Of a stretch of DNA of 64,000 nucleotides, positions 59,831 through 64,000 are shown one piece after another (position 1 is the stretch's first letter; the number at the start of each line of letters is the position of its first letter). The translations under genes were made by a program, and so were the position numbers. Location: positions 24,666 to 88,665 of the forward strand of contig JBIPDF010000002.1 in the NCBI GenBank assembly GCA_044006015.1, read 5' to 3'. The DNA is from Heteroscytonema crispum UTEX LB 1556. Its GTDB lineage: Bacteria; Cyanobacteriota; Cyanobacteriia; Cyanobacteriales; Nostocaceae. Under the pieces are notes generated by a model. It did no database searches and was not told the origin of the DNA. It saw nothing but the letters and a program-made list of their open reading frames with translations.

Positions 59831-59970
59831 ATGAAAAAGGAAAAAGTAAGAAGAAATTTTTTTCCCCTTCGCACTTCGCAGTCGCCAATCTTCGGGAAAC
59901 CCTCCCGCAGCGCTGACTCACCTTTCCCCTTGCCCCTTATCCCCACGAAAGTGGGGGCCCCCCCTTTTCC

Positions 59971-62778
59971 TTATTGCCAATTTCCTACAAGAACAAACGG
60001 TGCCCAAAAATGGGGATGATTGTATTCCTTATCTTTCAAAAGGCTCAATTGTGCTTTTTGGAGTACTTGGGCTTTATTTAACTTCTCTTTTTTAGCTTGC
60101 TCTAACTGACGATATAATTCACCCATAATTTGGGCAGTACTTTTATCTTCCACAGCCCAAAGTGTCGCCAAAGTACTGCGAGTTCCAGCCCGCACCGCTA
60201 CTCCAGCCAGTCCTAAAGCAGCCCGGTTGTCTCCACTCGCTGTCTCGCAAGCGCTAAGAACCAATAATTCAATTGGTCTACCCTGATTTAGAGTATTATT
60301 TCGCAGTAAGTTGCCAAAATCTATCACATTAATTCGCTTATCCCAAGAAAGGATAAAAGTCTTTTCAGCTATAGAGCTAAACTGACCGTGGGTAGCTAAG
60401 TGAACTATCGGAAAACCAGAAGCATTAATCTCTTTTTTGAGTTCGCCGCTACTAAATTGGTCGTTGAGAATCTGTCGATAGGAAATTCCAGATTTCTCAA
60501 TTTGTTGAAGTTCTTCTTTGACAAACTTTAATGGCTTAAATTGCCCTTCAAATTCTTTAGGAACTTCGCTGAGTCCTGCTGTTAGCGCTCTTAAATTAAT
60601 ATCAGCGAGGGGTTTGGGATCGACTAGCTGCAAGCCGGAAGTTATGGCAAGTGCATACTTTTCTACGAGATATTTATTGCCATCATGAAGGATAGACATC
60701 GGGATATTTCGTAAGTCGCCATCCAGTACAAAAACCAAGTTTTTGACTTTACTTTTCTCCAATTCTGTTTCCAGCGGTTGAATCAGCCAGCTATATAACT
60801 TTTGGTATTGAGGCAAAAATCCCTCTACTAAACTGTCACGAGTTTTAAGAGAAGCTTGCACTTTTTGTACAGTACTCTCAAAATCTTGGCGCTTAATTCT
60901 TCGTGCTGGATAAAGGCTTAAAGGTTGATTGGGGAGGCTAAGAATAACCTCTAATCGGTCTGGTAGAAGAATTGGATAAATTACCGCCGCTGTTGGGTCT
61001 ATTTTATCAATTTGTTTGGGATTTGCTTCTACACAAGCTTGTCGAAAAAAGTTATTAAGTTCAGCTAATTGTAGAGATTCAATGACTGTACGAGCTTGGG
61101 TTAGTAGTTTTTGGGTTTTGTCGTTGTTTGCAGCTTTATTTTGATTTAAAGAAGCGACATATTGCAAGTCTAAATCAACTAACTCTCGGTAAATTGGTTC
61201 GACACTATCCCGAAAAGAAAACTGAAATTCTGGGTTATTCGCTACTAAATCGCCGCGTAATGATTGCAGGGCATTATAGGCTTTAGTGTAAGCAGCGATC
61301 GCATTCTCAATTTCTCCTTTATTTTTACCTATTCGTCCCAACTGCCAAAAGAATTGGTAAGCTACATCTGGGACTGCAAAATTAGAAGCTATAGCCAGAG
61401 ATTGTTTTGTAAATTCTTCTGCTTTAGACAAATCTTGCATCAGTCCAGATAGTTCGTACAGTCCGCCAAGATTTCCTAAAGCATAAGCTTCGGCTCGTTT
61501 ATCTCCCAAAGATTTAGCCTGTGCGGCTGCTTTATTTAAGATACCAGCGATATCGTTAAAAGTTGGTAATTGAGAATTAGCTTTGAGTTGAAAATTATCG
61601 GTTTTAGCTAATTTGACTAAACTTTGAGCAAAGTTGATTTGCTGGTATATCCCTGTACGACTGGGGGGCAAATTACTCAATTGAGAATTAAGCGATCGCC
61701 ATAATTCTGTAGCTTCTGATAATTTCTCTAATTTTAGCAATTGGCTGAGTTGATTTAGTTGTGCTTGCTGTCGCGTGGTTGGCGATGCAGACAGCTTTAC
61801 CACTTCGCTATAAGCGTCTAATGCTTGTTGTCCGTAATTCTCGCGCACGCGACGAATTCTTTCTTTTTCAGGTTCAGCTAAGACTTGCGCGGTGTTACCT
61901 AAACTTAAATAGATAGCAGCTAGTTCTTGAGGATAATTTAATTTTTTTGCCTGATTTAAACTGGCTGTCAAAATTATTTCTGATTGTCTTGGCTGACCTA
62001 CAAGTAATAGCAATTCTCCAAGACTTTTTAATTGCAATACTAAGGGTAAATCAGCAGGTTTATTTTCAACTTTCTGAAGTTTTTCTGTTAATTCTTCTGG
62101 AGTAAGTTTACTTAAATCTTGACAAGTTTTCACTCCCAGAATTTCTTGATTTAAATCTTCTAATAAAGTCTTGCAAGCACGGGGATAAAGACCCAAATCT
62201 TGCATTGCTTGGGCTTGGTTAATCTTGCTTTGGGTTAATTTTGCTCTTTCGCCAATTTGACTGTAGATTTTAGTAGATTGTTGCCAATTATCCAAAGCAT
62301 CAGCCGATTGTCCGATTTCACGCAGCAAATAACCTTGAATATCCAAACTTTGAGCTTGGATTTTGAGTTTTTCCTTGCTTTCTGGCTGAGTTTTGAGAAC
62401 TTCTAAACTGTCGGCGATCGCTTTTCTGGCTGGTTCCCACTCTCCCAACTTTTGATAAGTCAAACAGAGGTTGCTTAATGCCATTGCTTGGTTTAATTTA
62501 TCTCCTTGAGCGAAAAAAACCGTCGCTGCTAATTGCCAAGCTTTCGCCGCTTCTGCAAACTGTCCGGCGCGATATAGTTTGACAGCCTTGTCAATTGGCG
62601 GTTCGGAATTTTGTTGAACTTGGAGAATTGGGGTTGCGGAAGGAACCTTGGCGATCGCAGGCGAGATTGCAGAGACGATGAATAATAAAGCTGCGAGAAA
62701 AAACGGCGATCGCTTTCTATATATTCTCTTGAAAAGATTATTGAATCTCTGCCCAATTTCCTGCTGATTCTTTACCAT
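59971..62778 (-). CDS. TPR-repeat protein with C-terminal CHAT (caspase-like) domain
   Basis: N-terminal signal peptide. The ~600 aa of TPR-like helical repeats carry the yYxxALxxYqqAL pattern. The C-terminal CHAT has the His block PIVHLATHGQF and the Cys block LLVLSACETASGD. Confidence 0.85.
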   Translation of the reverse strand: MVKNQQEIGQRFNNLFKRIYRKRSPFFLAALLFIVSAISPAIAKVPSATPILQVQQNSEPPIDKAVKLYRAGQFAEAAKAWQLAATVFFAQGDKLNQAMALSNLCLTYQKLGEWEPARKAIADSLEVLKTQPESKEKLKIQAQSLDIQGYLLREIGQSADALDNWQQSTKIYSQIGERAKLTQSKINQAQAMQDLGLYPRACKTLLEDLNQEILGVKTCQDLSKLTPEELTEKLQKVENKPADLPLVLQLKSLGELLLLVGQPRQSEIILTASLNQAKKLNYPQELAAIYLSLGNTAQVLAEPEKERIRRVRENYGQQALDAYSEVVKLSASPTTRQQAQLNQLSQLLKLEKLSEATELWRSLNSQLSNLPPSRTGIYQQINFAQSLVKLAKTDNFQLKANSQLPTFNDIAGILNKAAAQAKSLGDKRAEAYALGNLGGLYELSGLMQDLSKAEEFTKQSLAIASNFAVPDVAYQFFWQLGRIGKNKGEIENAIAAYTKAYNALQSLRGDLVANNPEFQFSFRDSVEPIYRELVDLDLQYVASLNQNKAANNDKTQKLLTQARTVIESLQLAELNNFFRQACVEANPKQIDKIDPTAAVIYPILLPDRLEVILSLPNQPLSLYPARRIKRQDFESTVQKVQASLKTRDSLVEGFLPQYQKLYSWLIQPLETELEKSKVKNLVFVLDGDLRNIPMSILHDGNKYLVEKYALAITSGLQLVDPKPLADINLRALTAGLSEVPKEFEGQFKPLKFVKEELQQIEKSGISYRQILNDQFSSGELKKEINASGFPIVHLATHGQFSSIAEKTFILSWDKRINVIDFGNLLRNNTLNQGRPIELLVLSACETASGDNRAALGLAGVAVRAGTRSTLATLWAVEDKSTAQIMGELYRQLEQAKKEKLNKAQVLQKAQLSLLKDKEYNHPHFWAPFVLVGNWQ

Positions 62779-62986
62779 TTTTTCTTACTCTTGTCAAGAT
62801 ACGCAATATCATATCTGCTAAATTATCCATAATTCCGGAAAACCCCACCCCGCTTTGGCTACGCCAAAGTTCCCCTCCCCGCAAGCGGGGAGGGGTTAGG
62901 GGTGGGGTGCTGTTAACGTGGGTATTATGGGTCATCATCGAGGCTTGATATAGACGGTGTTTTTTGAACTTGAAATTTTGAATTAT

Positions 62987-64000
62987 TTAACGTGCCCCAC
63001 AAGCAGCAGATGTCTGCCAATAACGCTGGGATTCGCTGCTGGTGGGATTATAAGCTGTAAGTACCACCTCACCTTTATCATTCAATACCCATCCTTGGGC
63101 AGGCACAATTGGCTTTGAAACAGAAGCATTTTTCTTTATTCCCCCACTCCCCCCTTCCCCCACTCCCCCACTCCTCATAGCGACAGGCGAAACTAAATCA
63201 ACACGAGTATTGTCACTGCTGAGGGTTTCATTGGGTGATGGTGGCAAACCGCCGCGTCCAGTCACCACGAATTCATTTTTTGCACCTTGTTGGCAGGGAT
63301 TTTGTGCCACCTGCTGTTTGGGATCGATGACAGTTTCTGGTAATTCAACTAATCCCCTACTGGGGTCGGTTTCTGGGGTTTGAATACTCACAGTACCGTC
63401 TAGAGATGGTTTTTGTGCTGAAAAGGCAGTGATATCATTAGTAGATAAATTTTTCGGGTCTAAATCTTTAACACCCAGTCTTTCAAGTTCAGCCCGAGTG
63501 CGTTGCACTAGTCCAAAAATGCCAGCAGAATTAATTGCAATCTTTCCTCCCTGACCGCCGGAAGCATCGGCTGTAATATCACTATTTTCTAAGGGAAAGG
63601 CAATAATTAAGCCATCAGGAGCATTAATTGTGATGTTACCGCCATTACCATTTGCTTTGGCGGATATTTGACTGTTGCGACGTAGCAGCAATAATTTAGC
63701 AACGTCTAGTCTCAGGTTGCCACCATTGCTAGATGTAGCAGTTGCAATTATCACACTTTGATTATCAAGTCGAATGGTATCTGCTACAACATTCAAAGTT
63801 CCAGCATTGCCAGAAGCATTAGCTTTACTTTCAACTCGCAATCTTCCATTGTTAAGATTTATAGTTTTTGCTGTCACATTCAGCGTTCCTGCATTGCCTT
63901 TGCCCTCGGTTGATGTTTCAATTCCACTATTGTTATTGATTGCTAAAGATTCGGCATTAATGTTGATTTCTCCCGCGCTACCTTTGCCAGAAGTTTTTGT
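62987..64000 (-). CDS. Filamentous-haemagglutinin-like beta-helix repeat protein, C-terminal part; the N-terminus lies beyond the window end
   Basis: Repeated GNAGTLNV..A.TI.L.N / GGNI.INA beta-helix rungs. The reading frame stays open from 63877 to the window end (TKTSGKGSAGEININAESLAI...). Confidence 0.7.
   Translation of the reverse strand, partial: TKTSGKGSAGEININAESLAINNNSGIETSTEGKGNAGTLNVTAKTINLNNGRLRVESKANASGNAGTLNVVADTIRLDNQSVIIATATSSNGGNLRLDVAKLLLLRRNSQISAKANGNGGNITINAPDGLIIAFPLENSDITADASGGQGGKIAINSAGIFGLVQRTRAELERLGVKDLDPKNLSTNDITAFSAQKPSLDGTVSIQTPETDPSRGLVELPETVIDPKQQVAQNPCQQGAKNEFVVTGRGGLPPSPNETLSSDNTRVDLVSPVAMRSGGVGEGGSGGIKKNASVSKPIVPAQGWVLNDKGEVVLTAYNPTSSESQRYWQTSAACGAR

Noticed and set aside
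62738-62938. 66-aa ORF between the CHAT gene and the FHA-like gene
   Set aside because: It overlaps the nested palindrome/C-rich repeat (62826-62896). Its translation (PPLTPPRLRGGELW...) is repeat-derived, so it is unlikely to be a real gene.

Overview
This 64 kb window reads as chromosomal DNA from a filamentous, heterocyst-forming-type cyanobacterium (Nostocales-like). I infer this from very frequent HIP1 octamers (GCGATCGC), many short tandemly repeated heptamer arrays (STRR: GGGCAAT/CCCAATG, GAAGTAT, CCCCTTC and others), and gene content. Coding density is moderate, with interspersed repeat-rich intergenic stretches.

Recognisable housekeeping genes are recN, hisF, ruvB, atpD-atpC, trxA, glmS, psaC, fmt, minC-minD-minE, a tRNA-Ala(GGC), and PSRP-3/ycf65. 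Signalling and accessory genes include two Ser/Thr kinases (one with a WD40 C-terminus), two adjacent cytochrome P450s, an ABC1-family kinase, a Na+/H+ antiporter-Usp fusion, an alpha-amylase, a GDSL lipase, a flotillin, an ABC-F ATPase, a fasciclin protein, a TPR-CHAT protease-like protein beside a filamentous-haemagglutinin-like beta-helix protein, and a TnpB (IS605 OrfB-type) element.

The most unusual item is an 897-aa chimeric receptor at 1509-4202. It fuses an MHYT membrane sensor, a phytochrome/cyanobacteriochrome-class GAF (conserved Cys-His), a canonical LOV domain (GRNCRFLQG) and a methyl-accepting chemotaxis signalling domain.

Further observations:
- At least two MITE-like families with terminal inverted repeats.
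- A 68-bp tandem repeat with an inverted degenerate copy cluster about 45 kb away.
- STRR arrays placed as inverted pairs between convergent genes.
- STRR insertions inside coding sequences (glmS, fmt, the kinase, minC).
- Gene remnants (an NB-ARC/TPR pseudogene, a caspase-like N-terminal fragment, a peptidoglycan-binding-domain fragment).

All calls rest on reading the six-frame translations and the nucleotide sequence by eye. No database search was run.
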